From the IMG/VR virus record IMGVR_UViG_3300020045_005998, positions 1 through 27,190 of that record: a stretch of DNA of 27,190 nt. One strand, written 5' to 3'. The translations under genes were made by a program, and so were the position numbers. Shown here one piece after another: positions 25,822-27,190 of this stretch. Below the pieces are notes generated by a model that saw only the letters and a list, made by a program, of their open reading frames with translations, was not told the origin of the DNA and searched no databases. Position 1 is the stretch's first letter. Every line of letters begins with the position of its first letter. Source of the DNA: a virus (taxonomy: Duplodnaviria > Caudoviricetes).

Positions 25822-26373
25822 ATGCGAGAAATAATAACAGTAACAAAAGCCTATACTTTCGACGAATTGACTCCCGAGCAAAAGGAAAAAGCAATCGAAA
25901 ACCTTTATGACATAAACGTCTATTATGATTGGTGTGAATTCACCTACGAAGACGCAGAAAACATAGGCTTAACAATTACCTCGTTTTACCTCGATTATAA
26001 CACCATAGAGGGGAAATTTAACCTTTACCCATTGGATATTTGCAGAGCGATTTTCAAAGAGCATGGCAAGGATACTCCAACTTATCGATTGGCAATGGCA
26101 TACGTGAAAGAACGTGAGAATTTAATAGCGGGGCAATGCCAACATCAAGCTGATTGCTGGACATGGCCAGGAGAAAAAGACTGGGATTATTTGCAAGAAC
26201 AACCTTGGGATATAGACTACGAAGACCTTGATAATGAATTCCATCATTCTTTAAAAGAAGAATACCTTTCAATGCTCAGACAGGAGTATGAATACCTTAC
26301 CAGTAAAGAAGCCATAATCGAGACGATAAAAGCAAACGAGTATGAATTTAATGAGGAGGGTGAGTTGATATGA
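25822..26373 (+). CDS. acidic hypothetical protein of the YTFDEL...EYEYLTS...ANEYEF family
   Basis: Very Asp/Glu/Tyr-rich. From memory, the terminal motifs match a family often auto-annotated 'antitoxin of toxin-antitoxin stability system'; that function is unverified. The start is 25822 or 25810. Confidence 0.7.
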   Translation: MREIITVTKAYTFDELTPEQKEKAIENLYDINVYYDWCEFTYEDAENIGLTITSFYLDYNTIEGKFNLYPLDICRAIFKEHGKDTPTYRLAMAYVKERENLIAGQCQHQADCWTWPGEKDWDYLQEQPWDIDYEDLDNEFHHSLKEEYLSMLRQEYEYLTSKEAIIETIKANEYEFNEEGELI

Positions 26374-26627
26374 CACGGACACTGACACAAATTTACAAAA
26401 GGCAAGCTGCGTATGTGAGAAACTCCGGCTTTACTGTTACCGTAGACGAAAAATATTGCTATGTAGTCATTGAGAACAAAGAAACGGAACAGTGTTATTT
26501 TTTGCAAGGTGATGAGGGTTACGCCTATATAGACGAGTATCGGGACATATGGGAAAAAGCTGGTGATCTTCTAATGTGTGACGCAATTTATGGACACGCT
26601 CAACAATATATCGATTGTTTAGATTAA
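26370..26627 (+). CDS. hypothetical protein (85 aa)
   Basis: ATGA-type overlap with the upstream stop; GAGG/GGTG upstream. Confidence 0.75.
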   Translation: MTRTLTQIYKRQAAYVRNSGFTVTVDEKYCYVVIENKETEQCYFLQGDEGYAYIDEYRDIWEKAGDLLMCDAIYGHAQQYIDCLD

Positions 26628-26659
26628 ATAGATAACCAATAAAACAGAAGGAAATCGAA

Positions 26660-26848
26660 ATGAAAATGAAAAAATACTATTGGTACATGAATAATATAAA
26701 TGATCCAGTAGTAAAATCAAAAATACCAAACTGTTTCTTTCATACAATAAAGGCAAAGAGTTTATTCGAAGCAAAGAAAGCGGTGCGGGAGTTGTTATTC
26801 TGTAAAAGAATTGCACAAGAACATCTAACAGGAGGAAACAAACCATGA
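26660..26848 (+). CDS. small basic hypothetical protein (62 aa)
   Basis: AAGGA RBS; ATGA overlap with the next gene. Confidence 0.6.
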   Translation: MKMKKYYWYMNNINDPVVKSKIPNCFFHTIKAKSLFEAKKAVRELLFCKRIAQEHLTGGNKP

Positions 26849-27102
26849 AAGTTACTCAATTTCATTCCAAAAACCAATTTATCATCGACACACATGAAGG
26901 CACCTACTTCCAATCTTATAAAAGCATAATTGCATTTTTACCGCTAGACTGTTCGCCGATTATTCTTGACGAAGTTTACTGGGATTATTCACCCACCACG
27001 AGTAAATACCTCAACAAATTTTTACGGATCACTGGTGGACGAAAAGAGATTCTTGATGGTATCAAGTCCGGCAAGTATGTTTTAACCAATTTAAATCCAT
27101 AA
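26845..27102 (+). CDS. hypothetical phage protein (85 aa)
   Basis: AGGAGG RBS; FQSYKSIIA...WDYSPTTSKYLNKFL, a motif I recall from small phage early proteins. Confidence 0.8.
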   Translation: MKVTQFHSKNQFIIDTHEGTYFQSYKSIIAFLPLDCSPIILDEVYWDYSPTTSKYLNKFLRITGGRKEILDGIKSGKYVLTNLNP

Positions 27103-27148
27103 ACTCGTTTCATGCGATAACCGGAACAAGTCCTCCGGTATCGTTTCC

Positions 27149-27185
27149 AATCCCTTGTCACAGAACAAAGTGACAAGGGATTTTT
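27149..27185 (+). terminator. rho-independent terminator
   Basis: AATCCCTTGTCAC-agaacaaa-GTGACAAGGGATT is a 13-bp stem ending in TTTTT, downstream of the early cluster. Confidence 0.8.
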
Positions 27186-27190
27186 GCGTT

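Overview
This window is part of a tailed dsDNA phage genome of the short-tailed (podovirus) type, with a gene order resembling Bordetella phage BPP-1 and T7. On the minus strand (23387 down to 1) lies the packaging and morphogenesis module. It reads terS, terL, a GNAT-like gene, two small pre-portal genes, portal, Bbp19-like protein, scaffold, major capsid, cement protein, tail tubular A and B, three internal virion proteins, a tail fibre with an S74 chaperone, a second fibre-like gene and an Ig-like gene cut by the window edge. A repeat-rich, AT-rich divergent control region (about 23390-24260) separates this from a plus-strand cluster of small early-type genes ending in a terminator. The most notable observation is a cassette present twice around terS. 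Each copy has a sigma70 promoter with an inverted repeat in its spacer, a strong RBS, a CxxC/CPxC zinc-ribbon ORF, and an HNH-type ORF overlapping it in the +1 frame. One zinc-ribbon ORF (21742-21912) is missing from the supplied ORF track. Several accessory genes near the terminases also end in copies of the upstream gene's stop/RBS junction. All family assignments come from motif recognition and synteny; no database search was run.
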